Shown: in pieces, positions 10,874 to 19,845 of the stretch
How the letters are laid out: every line of letters starts with the position of its first letter
How positions within the stretch are numbered: position 1 is the first letter of the stretch
The notes under the pieces: model-generated
The model's database searches: none
Told to the model about the DNA's origin: nothing
The model's input: only the letters and a program-made list of their open reading frames with translations
Position numbers and translations under genes: made by a program
Source of the DNA: Promethearchaeota archaeon
Lineage (GTDB): Archaea > Asgardarchaeota > Thorarchaeia > Thorarchaeales > Thorarchaeaceae
Assembly: GCA_014728035.1 (NCBI GenBank)
Contig: WJMJ01000079.1
Span: 64,001 to 128,000, forward strand
Length of the DNA stretch: 64,000 bases
Reading direction: 5' to 3'

Positions 10874-11314
10874 CGATTATATCAATTTATTACGAAAATT
10901 GGGCACTCATAATTTCATAATGTTGGTTACATTGCTAAATCATATACGGTTTTTCGTCAATTTTAGTCCAATTTTTTAAAAACAGTAATTCCCTAATTTG
11001 GATTTTCACTGATTATATTTTCAAATACGTGCTCTCAAACTACATAATTTGTTTATTGTAAATTGAAAATCAGATCGAAGCTTTTCATGGTTTCTTACAT
11101 TTCTTATGAAAAAGGTGCAATGAAATGGCAATGGCTATGATTAAAACGGACTAATAGCATAAATTAACGCCATTTAATTCTTTTTGAAGTCCATTTTACT
11201 GTTGTGGAGTTTTATGGAATCTATTTTGTAGATTTTGAGTGATTAAAACGTCGATAAAGCCATCACCCAAAATTGAAGATTTAATGAAACTAGTATTTTC
11301 ATGACGGTGAACAA

Positions 11315-12070
11315 ATGATTGCAAAACTCGAAAGTCAGTTAACCCATATTTGCAATGATTCGGGTTACAGCTCGAAGATGATTGATGTAACATCAACACT
11401 TCAAATGATTTTCAATAATTCTGATAGGAGCATCATAAAGGCTCGCTTAAGATACGAAGGTCCTGATAATGACAGCTGGATTGTTGTTATTCTTGGATTG
11501 AGAAGCAGTATCCTTGAACCTTTCAACAAATTTACTCGGATCTCAAAAAATCAGTATCTTCCTTGTGATATATTTGGACTTGTTCCGTGTATTGCTCAAC
11601 TTGTGAGATTTGAATCATCAGGTCCATCTTTGAGTGCTGTTGCAAAAGATGATGTTACTAGAATCGTCTTGGTTTTTGAAGGCGACTCAAGTGCACGTTC
11701 TGGATGTATTAACTCCTTAGCAACTCGATTGTGGCGCTTTATGAAGCGCTGGGATGAGTGGACAAGTGTGCTGATGAATATTTTGGAAAAAGACCAGTAC
11801 ATTGGTGATTGGGATATCAATTGGCGAGAGCTTCTAGCAGGAGAATCGGGTTTTGTTACAATGCCATGGTTCTCACCACTACATTATGATGACCGTGTTC
11901 TTGCATTATCAAGAATTGTTATTTCATCAAAAGCACTTTTGACATCAGTTCTGAATGAACGACAGATGAGTGACCCTCTGATCAGGGGACTCATTAATTG
12001 GTTGGAAAATCTAGAACCTCTGTCACGTATCGTCAGTGCACCGTCAACTAATGAGGAGGTTGTGGTGTAG
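11315..12070 (+). CDS. hypothetical protein, operon gene 1
   Basis: 251-aa ORF with Trp-rich C-terminal half; overlaps the next gene. Confidence 0.75.
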   Translation: MIAKLESQLTHICNDSGYSSKMIDVTSTLQMIFNNSDRSIIKARLRYEGPDNDSWIVVILGLRSSILEPFNKFTRISKNQYLPCDIFGLVPCIAQLVRFESSGPSLSAVAKDDVTRIVLVFEGDSSARSGCINSLATRLWRFMKRWDEWTSVLMNILEKDQYIGDWDINWRELLAGESGFVTMPWFSPLHYDDRVLALSRIVISSKALLTSVLNERQMSDPLIRGLINWLENLEPLSRIVSAPSTNEEVVV

Positions 12071-12539
12071 TTTGTTAGTGAATGATCATTATAACTCATG
12101 TTGGTCTGGTGACATCGAATTACCGGATGTATCTTGGCTATCTGGTGCAAAAGCTGGATTGCAAATATCTGAAGGTAGAAGACCCGATTGGAACTGGGAT
12201 GAGTTTCTTTTAGATCTCGATGCGATGCTTCAGTATTTTAGTGATATTCAATCTGCGTTTCCTGGACAGGCACCATTGTTAGATGATGGTATTGTAGGTT
12301 CAATTCTTACCGCTCTCGGTGGTTATATCAGTGTTACCGGATATCTCCTTGATGATGGGTTATTCTTCAGGGTTTCTAAGAAATATCATGAAGATGTTAG
12401 AATTGCACTCTCAGGATATGATGTCCAACCTTATTGTGATGGGTTGATTATTTCTAAAACGGATCTGGCCAGACTTCAAAATATTTTGCCAATCCAAGGA
12501 CCGCTCTTTGAATTGATATACCAGGAGGTAATGACTTGA
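12036..12539 (+). CDS. hypothetical protein, operon gene 2
   Basis: ORF ends in a TTGA overlap with radA; true start probably after the GAGGAGG at ~12053. Confidence 0.65.
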   Translation: MHRQLMRRLWCSLLVNDHYNSCWSGDIELPDVSWLSGAKAGLQISEGRRPDWNWDEFLLDLDAMLQYFSDIQSAFPGQAPLLDDGIVGSILTALGGYISVTGYLLDDGLFFRVSKKYHEDVRIALSGYDVQPYCDGLIISKTDLARLQNILPIQGPLFELIYQEVMT

Positions 12540-13600
12540 CTGATTTAGAAGCAGTAAGTGGTGTTGGTCCTGCAGCTGCAAAGAAATTGCGAGAAGCTTT
12601 TGTCACCACTGCCGAATTGCTAGCAGTTCAAAATCCTATTGAACTTCAAACAAAGACAAAGCTGGGAGAAGGTACTGTTGATAAAATCATCAAGAGTGCT
12701 AGAGAGCTTGTTGGCACTTTTGGGTTCAAGAGTGGTTTGGAAGTGGAACAATCGATGGCTGACCAGCCAAGATTGTCAACTGGTATCTCTAAACTCGATA
12801 AGGAATTATTGGGTGGAATAGAAGCGGGATCTATTGTAGAATTTTTTGGACCGTCACGAGGTGGAAAAACCCAATGGGTTGCACAACTTGCAATCATGGC
12901 TCAGCTTCCAGCTGACAAAGGGGGTCTTGATGGTAGAGTCCTATGGCTTGATAGTGAGTCATCTTTCAAACCTTGGATAATTAGAGCCAACGCTTTACGT
13001 TTTGGAGTTGATCCCGATGTAGCGCTTGGTAATATTGGAAGAGCTCAAATAATTCTTAGCAGTCAGCTTATGGATTTGTTTGACACCATACCTCGACTAT
13101 GCGCTGAGAATGACTACAAACTGGTCATTGTTGACTCTCTCACTGGATTATTTCGTGCTGAGTATACTGGTTTGGATATGCTGAAAGTTCGACAACAGGA
13201 TATGAATGGCATTCTAAATACCATGCGACGAACTGCTTCTGCAACTGAGAGTATTTTTGCTTACACAAATCATGTCATGGCAAAAATTTCCCTTTATGGT
13301 GGTAATCCCAATGCCCCAGTTGGCGGACACATAATATCCCATGCATCCGATTATCGATTCTATACTCGCAGGTCAAAGAAGGATAAGCGTAAATTGGATT
13401 TGCAGGATAATGCGGGAGTACCAGAATTCAGTATGGAATTCACAATTGGATGGGGCGGCTTTTACGAATCAAGCTCTGAAAAGAAAGAAGTTGAACCAGA
13501 GATTAAGGCTTACTTCAAGAAACATGGGTATGCAAAACCAGAATTAATTGAAGAAGACGAAACAGAAGAAGAAGTGGTTACTGCAGGTGATTCAGAATGA
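12536..13600 (+). CDS. radA: RadA/Rad51-family recombinase (divergent paralog)
   Basis: N-terminal HhH (SGVGPAAAKKL), FKSG polymerisation motif, STG..LD..LGGIE, Walker A GPSRGGKT, DSE, Walker B VIVDS, FRAEY..RQQ, PVGGHIISHAS. Confidence 0.9.
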   Translation: MTDLEAVSGVGPAAAKKLREAFVTTAELLAVQNPIELQTKTKLGEGTVDKIIKSARELVGTFGFKSGLEVEQSMADQPRLSTGISKLDKELLGGIEAGSIVEFFGPSRGGKTQWVAQLAIMAQLPADKGGLDGRVLWLDSESSFKPWIIRANALRFGVDPDVALGNIGRAQIILSSQLMDLFDTIPRLCAENDYKLVIVDSLTGLFRAEYTGLDMLKVRQQDMNGILNTMRRTASATESIFAYTNHVMAKISLYGGNPNAPVGGHIISHASDYRFYTRRSKKDKRKLDLQDNAGVPEFSMEFTIGWGGFYESSSEKKEVEPEIKAYFKKHGYAKPELIEEDETEEEVVTAGDSE

Positions 13601-14040
13601 AAATGGAACGAGGTATGTTTCGGATATATCGTTGTCCTCAATGCAACAACATAGGGTATGCACGAGTTGAATCTGAAGACGATCTTTCTGCATGTAGTCT
13701 TTGCAGAGGAATAATCTTGCATGAACAAGGCACACTCTACGCTCCAACGGTCCAGGAGTCGGTTGGGATAGTGCGAGAATTAGTTATTCTTTCAAAAGAT
13801 GAACGAGAACCTCTTAGGTCACCAAGAGGACGCGGTCTGCGCAAAAGAATTCTCCAAATCGTATCATCACTCACTGAACTCAATCGCGGAAGGCCTGTTA
13901 AACTGAAAGAGATACTCCAAGAGTGTGTCGATGCTGATATCGACCTGGAGCGGGCTTTATCATTTCTTGAAGTTCTTGAACAAGAAGGGATTCTCGATAA
14001 GCTCGATTCCAAAGTTATTCTGAAACGTGAGGTAATATAA
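13597..14040 (+). CDS. Zn-ribbon + winged-helix protein
   Basis: CPQC...CSLC; C-terminal wHTH-like LKEILQEC...FLEVLEQEGIL; ATGA overlap with radA. Confidence 0.7.
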   Translation: MKMERGMFRIYRCPQCNNIGYARVESEDDLSACSLCRGIILHEQGTLYAPTVQESVGIVRELVILSKDEREPLRSPRGRGLRKRILQIVSSLTELNRGRPVKLKEILQECVDADIDLERALSFLEVLEQEGILDKLDSKVILKREVI

Positions 14041-14041
14041 A

Positions 14042-14677
14042 ATGGCAGAATCCAGCTCAAAGACAAAGTCAGATGTTATTTGGGTCCCGAGAACACCAAA
14101 GACAGTAAAACGTAGTTCTATGATAAATCTAGTTAATCTGCTCCTTAGAGAAACTACGCATAGAATCACTATTCTTGAAAAAACCGAAGAACCAGACCCA
14201 GAGTTATTTGTAGTAACTAGAATAGAGTGGAGAGATGCAGATATTCGAAAACCACTACTTCCACAATTACCACGATTGCTCTCGCTATTAGAAACCCTCA
14301 GAGGCACACGAGGTGTTCCTACAGAGATATATTTGGATAGTACTGATGGTATTGCGGTATATCTACCAACAAACGTAAGAATCTCTACTTTGCCCGAAAA
14401 ACCCAAAGAATGTGTTCACTATTTGATGGATCTAGTGGAAACTCAAATTGAACATACTTTTTCAACAATGAGAGAAGTGGAAAAATACTTCTGGATGAAT
14501 GCTAGGAAGAAGGGATTTAGCCCAGACATTGTTGCTAAAATTGACAAAAAAGAGAAATATTTTGATTCTTCAGAGCATGTATTTAGATTTCAATATCTTA
14601 TGCAGAGATATTTCTCAATAAGATTCAGAATTCATTCAAGTGAATCTTGTCTTCGTGTGGAGGCTGGTGGGTGTTAG
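14042..14677 (+). CDS. hypothetical protein, operon gene 5
   Basis: 211-aa ORF with GAGGT RBS; overlaps the helicase start. Confidence 0.75.
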   Translation: MAESSSKTKSDVIWVPRTPKTVKRSSMINLVNLLLRETTHRITILEKTEEPDPELFVVTRIEWRDADIRKPLLPQLPRLLSLLETLRGTRGVPTEIYLDSTDGIAVYLPTNVRISTLPEKPKECVHYLMDLVETQIEHTFSTMREVEKYFWMNARKKGFSPDIVAKIDKKEKYFDSSEHVFRFQYLMQRYFSIRFRIHSSESCLRVEAGGC

Positions 14678-16641
14678 TAGATAAAGCTGACCCCCTTCTA
14701 TGGTTCCCTTATGAGCCAAGACCACATCAGGACAAGGCTGTGAAATTAGCTGCTGAAGTATATCGTTCAGGAACTGTTGGATTGCTGTCTGCGGATTGTG
14801 GTGTTGGTAAAACAATAGCAGTTCTATCTGGATATTTAGCTGCAAGGTCAGAGGATTCTACATCAAGATTATTCGCATTAACACGAACACATTCTCAATC
14901 AAAAGTCTTTGAAGAAGAGCTTGAGATTCTAAGAGAGCAATCACTGACCATTACAGCCACATCCATGGTATCAAGAATTCATGTATGTCCCATTAAAGCT
15001 AAGATGTCAACAAGCACTTCTAAGGGATTCACAAAAGCATGTGCAAGTATGGTTAGAATTGGCAGATGTAGTCATTATTGGAATATGTACAAAAAACAAA
15101 AAAACGAAGGAAAACTAACAATTCGGGAAAATATTCGTGTTCTTTTAGAAGAGCTTCTAGATACTGGTGTTGTAAGCCGGGAACGAGCTGAAGACTTTGC
15201 CCAACTACATTCTCTATGTCCATATGAGGTATTACGATGGTGTGCTCGAAATAGTCGTGTTATCATTGGTCCTTACAGCTATGTATTTCGTTCACGCGTT
15301 CGTGACGCATTACTTTCTTCTATGGGTGTTCAACTTCACGAAATAGATTTGTTAGTAGATGAAGCTCATAATCTGCCATCTCATGTTCTTGACTCTGAAA
15401 CTGCGCGGTTAAGTGGAGAAGATTTGAAGTATCTGAAGGAACATAGCAAAGAACTCACCAAAGAAACTGGAGTAAAGTGGATTAGTGAGGTTATTGATTT
15501 TCTTTGGGAAACTCTCATGGTTAACTTGGATTCTTTAGGTAATCGAAGAGAAAAGAGATTGAACAAATGGGATGTCATGCCCAGATTCATTGATCAAGAA
15601 AATCTATTTCTTCTAGTTCAATCTCATGACTTGACGATAGGAGATCCTGAAAATGCCTTACATGCAGAGAATCCATTTGATAGACTTGTTGATTTTCTCC
15701 TAATTGGTAGTAAAGCAATTGAAAGTGAAGATTGGCACGTGTCACTTAATCTCTCGAAGAATTGGCAAAATGAAAGGTCACCGTTGCATACTAATTTAGC
15801 TATACGCCCATTAAACGCAGCTGGATTGACCGCTCCCATACTTCGGGGAGCAAGATCTGCATTATTAATGAGTGGAACACTACGCCCTCTGGATCACTAC
15901 TCCCGTCTACTTGGAGTTTCGACTGCTTTGAAAGAAGACCTTGAAAGTCCATACCCCAAAGGAAGTAGATTGGTCCTTATCGATAAGAAACTATCAACAA
16001 AATATAAGAAAAGGAATTCCACACTTTGGCGGAAATTGGCTGAAAGAATTAATACCGTGCTTCAGACCATGCCCGCAAATAAGAGTGCTATGATAGCTTT
16101 TCCAAGCTATAATATGATGCATGAGATTTTGAGTTATTCTATAGACACTGGTTTCCGTGGGAAAATAATTGAAAACCGAGGAGCAAGACTTGAATTTGTT
16201 ATTGAGGCTATTGAAGATTCTCCTCAAGCTGTCTTTTGTGTATACGGTGGAAAGTTTAGCGAAGGTATTGATATTGTTAAAGATGGTTCAAGTCTAATTG
16301 ATTTGATAATTGGTGTTGGAATTCCTTTTAGTCCACCAACAAGCTATCATCAAGCTATTCAAGACTGGTATAACCGAAAATTCGGTGATGGTGCTGGATA
16401 TTATTATTCTTCTGTGGTACCTTCACTAAGACAGGTTGCCCAACTTATTGGTCGTTTAAGGAGGTCTCCTTCAGACTGGGGAGTTGTCACTCTCTTAGAT
16501 AATCGATTTTTGAGGTATTTGAGCATCCTTGGAGATGGTATTGTATCTGATATTTGGCCATATGATGAAGTTAACGAGATTCGTTCTGCTATAGACGCAT
16601 TTGTTGAAATGAGAGTAGGTGATTGTTGTGAGAATAGCTAA
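14671..16641 (+). CDS. XPD/DinG/Rad3-family Fe-S 5'-3' DNA helicase
   Basis: Q-motif PYEPRPHQ, Walker A ADCGVGKT, four Fe-S Cys (HVCP, KAC, RCSHY, LCPYE), DEAHN, MSGTL, FSEGID, QLIGRLRR..DWG; start set at GTG 14671. Confidence 0.9.
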   Translation: MLVDKADPLLWFPYEPRPHQDKAVKLAAEVYRSGTVGLLSADCGVGKTIAVLSGYLAARSEDSTSRLFALTRTHSQSKVFEEELEILREQSLTITATSMVSRIHVCPIKAKMSTSTSKGFTKACASMVRIGRCSHYWNMYKKQKNEGKLTIRENIRVLLEELLDTGVVSRERAEDFAQLHSLCPYEVLRWCARNSRVIIGPYSYVFRSRVRDALLSSMGVQLHEIDLLVDEAHNLPSHVLDSETARLSGEDLKYLKEHSKELTKETGVKWISEVIDFLWETLMVNLDSLGNRREKRLNKWDVMPRFIDQENLFLLVQSHDLTIGDPENALHAENPFDRLVDFLLIGSKAIESEDWHVSLNLSKNWQNERSPLHTNLAIRPLNAAGLTAPILRGARSALLMSGTLRPLDHYSRLLGVSTALKEDLESPYPKGSRLVLIDKKLSTKYKKRNSTLWRKLAERINTVLQTMPANKSAMIAFPSYNMMHEILSYSIDTGFRGKIIENRGARLEFVIEAIEDSPQAVFCVYGGKFSEGIDIVKDGSSLIDLIIGVGIPFSPPTSYHQAIQDWYNRKFGDGAGYYYSSVVPSLRQVAQLIGRLRRSPSDWGVVTLLDNRFLRYLSILGDGIVSDIWPYDEVNEIRSAIDAFVEMRVGDCCENS

Positions 16642-17221
16642 AGAGAATACATATCTACTGACATTCATCGGAGCTATCCTAGTTGGTTTTACTATTAGGA
16701 TGATTTTCTATGAATCGCCATTTGAAATTATTATTAGTATTCTAGGTATCTGTATAATGATTGGTTTCATTGTGCTTCTATGGACCCGTTCGAACCCACA
16801 AGTATTATGGAATAAAACTTACAAATGCTTGGCTATTAATCGTAAATTTAGTGTGTCGGTCTTTGCTGGATGTACATTGGATAGTGTACCTCTTGGAATT
16901 GATCTCAGTCACTCTGCAAAAAAGGTGCTACGTGCACTTTCAACAAGATTGAATGATGACAGTGAATTTGAGGTTAGTTTCTTTGTGACTCGACCAAATA
17001 ACTCCTCCAGTACCCGTGTAGGTTTATTTGTTTCACGTAAAACCATGCGTTTACTTGATGGGGTTTCTCGTTCTGATTCTCTTCTAGAACAAATCAATCA
17101 AGATGTGATGACATTGCAGTCTGCTTTGAAGACTGCTTATCCTCATACTCCAATATCTAGGGCTAGCGCTGAAGATTTGATACTTGCAACAAATGGAGGT
17201 GTACTTTCTCATGAAGTCTAA
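16619..17221 (+). CDS. 2-TM membrane protein with soluble alpha/beta domain
   Basis: two N-terminal TM helices; overlaps both neighbouring genes. Confidence 0.7.
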   Translation: MIVVRIAKENTYLLTFIGAILVGFTIRMIFYESPFEIIISILGICIMIGFIVLLWTRSNPQVLWNKTYKCLAINRKFSVSVFAGCTLDSVPLGIDLSHSAKKVLRALSTRLNDDSEFEVSFFVTRPNNSSSTRVGLFVSRKTMRLLDGVSRSDSLLEQINQDVMTLQSALKTAYPHTPISRASAEDLILATNGGVLSHEV

Positions 17222-17513
17222 GATTAGAACTTCTATACAAATTTCTAGAGAAGTATCGCCTAATGAATTAATGGAATTCTTGAGAGTCGGACATGGGTAT
17301 GAGTGGACAATTCTTCTCCAACATCCAAGATTGCTCGCTCATGGAAAACCACCATCAACAAGATTACCTGAGTTATTGATAACCGGATGGGATACTATGA
17401 TTGTATCTGGAGGTCTCAAAGAGTATCCTGATAGAATCAGAAATATGATTGAAGTGCTTCGCAGAAGGTCTCAACGGAGCTATTCATCAACTGGAGGGAT
17501 AATTCATGGGTAG
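17211..17513 (+). CDS. small hypothetical protein
   Basis: GGAGGTG RBS before ATG 17211; overlaps both neighbours. Confidence 0.7.
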   Translation: MKSKIRTSIQISREVSPNELMEFLRVGHGYEWTILLQHPRLLAHGKPPSTRLPELLITGWDTMIVSGGLKEYPDRIRNMIEVLRRRSQRSYSSTGGIIHG

Positions 17514-19845
17514 ACCTTTGATATTGGGTTCAGAACCAGAGAAGGATCCATTAGATTACCGGTCAAAAAGAAAAGTATCAATTAGTACTGATGCTGAAAT
17601 TGATTGGGATGATAGAACACTAGAAAAAAGATATTCTGTTCCCATAGTGTTTGGATTGTTCATTTTACTATGTGTTTTGGCAAATCCTCTTTTCATGCTT
17701 GTAATTTCTATGAGTATTCTCTCAATAACTTACATTCTCACTAAAGTTCCAGATTCTCATGAGATTGAAACTATTAAGAATAGTCAATGGGTTTTATTGA
17801 AACCACGAAAAGATTTTCTTACAGAAACTGTTGATTCAGTGCTATATGTCGATAATGATGAAAGCCGTCATCTCGTTGCATTGAAAATTGATTCACCAAG
17901 CAATTTGCTTTTCGGGTCATTAGGCGGTTTGATTCGTGCTTTGGATACGGAACATGGATTTTCTCTCTGCATATCGATGCATACAGTTTCTATTGAACAT
18001 GTTCTTAATCAGGATCGAATTCATTCTACGAAAGAAGAATTTCTCGAATCAATAGGAACTTCTGGCAGGTCTCAATTCATATCAATCAGAGGTGGATTGT
18101 GGACTGCAAAAGTATCCTTAGTTGGCCATTTGAAACAACTCGATGATGTAATCACATTCGAATCTGCTGTACATGGTGGTGTGCCAACTTCCGGATGGTG
18201 TAGACTAGATGATCATGAATTGTTTACACTTCTCGCTTTTAATACCGTACTATCCTACCCTTCAGGATTTTATGCTCTTGGACACGAATTATCAGAATGG
18301 CTCGTTCAACTTCCAAGTGAATTGGCACCTGAGGTCGGTAGTAATGTGCCTAGCGAATTTCTATCTCCAATAAAAACAACAAATCCTGATTACTCGCTTG
18401 GTGTAGCTATCAATCCTGAAACCCTTCAAACCGGGCCAGAAGTTGGGTTTACTCATACTGACCTTATCAATGGAACTTTGGTATGTGGAGGAACAGAGTC
18501 AGAGAGAAAGCGTATCTTAGCATTGCTAATTCAAGAACTTCTGAAATCGGATAAGAGGGTTCTTTTTGTTACAAGCAATAGAAGTAACAAGGATTTAGCT
18601 GGAATACAAGAGGATTCTATTTCCCTAGACTTGGGTGGTGATTTCGTATTGAATCCAGTTGATCCTGATTTGGTTCCACGAACTGAATATGTTGGGCAAT
18701 TAATATCAGCTCTTGAGATTCTTGCAGGGGAGAATCTTTCAGGTGCTGCAGATTTGGAAATTGCACTCAATCGTGTAGTTGCACTTGGCAACACCACTGT
18801 GGCTGACATTCGATTTGATACTGCAGAAGAACTCATGGAGAATCCTTCATTTGAGCAAACATCACAGACTTCATCTCCTAGTAGAAAATCGCTAGCAGGC
18901 CTTGATGCAATAAGATTGTTGCATGAAGGATCTGGTGCAAGTGCATTCTATGGAACTCAGACAATTCCCATGCAAAGACTTACTCAAATCCCATTCACAG
19001 TCATATCAGTGAACTTGGGCTCAGTTGAATTGAATACCTTTGCTTGTGATTTGTTGATGATGAAACTTGCTGGACTTGAGCATGATTCAGATTTTGTTAT
19101 AATCTTTGATGAGCCCCTGAACCTGGTTGCTAGAAATCACAGACACCACTACAGAATACCTTGGATGGATTTCATAGCAAAACGAATGAAAAAACGTGGT
19201 CCTTTTGTTATTGCAATGGAACATCCTGCAGACTTCTCACCTACCACTATAGGTCTTTTGACATCTTGTGTTTCAGCCCGGTTGCGAGAATCAGCTGATG
19301 TGAAAGTATCTATTGACCTTCTTGGATTAAGTGTTATACAAACTGGAATGCATAGTAAGGCTCGTCATTCATCGCGTGAAACATCTTTCTTACGAGTAAT
19401 TCCTGATGGTGTTGCAGTACTTGCTAACACTGGAGGAGAGTTAGGATATCCAGTTAAGCTAGATGATATGCCAGAAATTGTATACGAGTTCTCTAAGGTC
19501 AACCTATCCGAACGATTACCCGATTTGAGCATAGCCCATGAAAGTAGCCATGATTCTTCTTCTTTAATAGAACATGTAATGGGTCGTGACATTAAGCATG
19601 GTGTTTCAGTTCTTCGACTTCTTCAAAGATATGAACCTCTTACTCTTGAATCTATTAAGAAATTCATTTCTACAACTACAGAAACTGCGCTAGATATTGA
19701 GAGCATATTATTACGTCTTGAGCAAGGGAGCATGATCCTAAAGGGGCATGAAGTTCACAGTGGCGTTTCCTATATGAACTATAGATTAACTATGAAAGGC
19801 ATAATGGCATTGAGACAGTATGATGGGGAGGGTTCTAGTATTTGA
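17506..19845 (+). CDS. membrane-anchored HerA/VirB4 (CedB-like) P-loop protein with degenerate Walker A and C-terminal wHTH
   Basis: TM region ~aa 45-80; SLG...DLINGTLVCGGTESERK (Walker A position), FVLNPVDP, VIIFDEP (Walker B), KRMKKRG; wHTH ending YRLTMKG. Confidence 0.6.
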   Translation: MGRPLILGSEPEKDPLDYRSKRKVSISTDAEIDWDDRTLEKRYSVPIVFGLFILLCVLANPLFMLVISMSILSITYILTKVPDSHEIETIKNSQWVLLKPRKDFLTETVDSVLYVDNDESRHLVALKIDSPSNLLFGSLGGLIRALDTEHGFSLCISMHTVSIEHVLNQDRIHSTKEEFLESIGTSGRSQFISIRGGLWTAKVSLVGHLKQLDDVITFESAVHGGVPTSGWCRLDDHELFTLLAFNTVLSYPSGFYALGHELSEWLVQLPSELAPEVGSNVPSEFLSPIKTTNPDYSLGVAINPETLQTGPEVGFTHTDLINGTLVCGGTESERKRILALLIQELLKSDKRVLFVTSNRSNKDLAGIQEDSISLDLGGDFVLNPVDPDLVPRTEYVGQLISALEILAGENLSGAADLEIALNRVVALGNTTVADIRFDTAEELMENPSFEQTSQTSSPSRKSLAGLDAIRLLHEGSGASAFYGTQTIPMQRLTQIPFTVISVNLGSVELNTFACDLLMMKLAGLEHDSDFVIIFDEPLNLVARNHRHHYRIPWMDFIAKRMKKRGPFVIAMEHPADFSPTTIGLLTSCVSARLRESADVKVSIDLLGLSVIQTGMHSKARHSSRETSFLRVIPDGVAVLANTGGELGYPVKLDDMPEIVYEFSKVNLSERLPDLSIAHESSHDSSSLIEHVMGRDIKHGVSVLRLLQRYEPLTLESIKKFISTTTETALDIESILLRLEQGSMILKGHEVHSGVSYMNYRLTMKGIMALRQYDGEGSSI

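Noticed and set aside
10778-11314. replication origin
   Set aside because: AT-rich, but there are no repeated ORB-like boxes with G-strings and no adjacent orc1/cdc6
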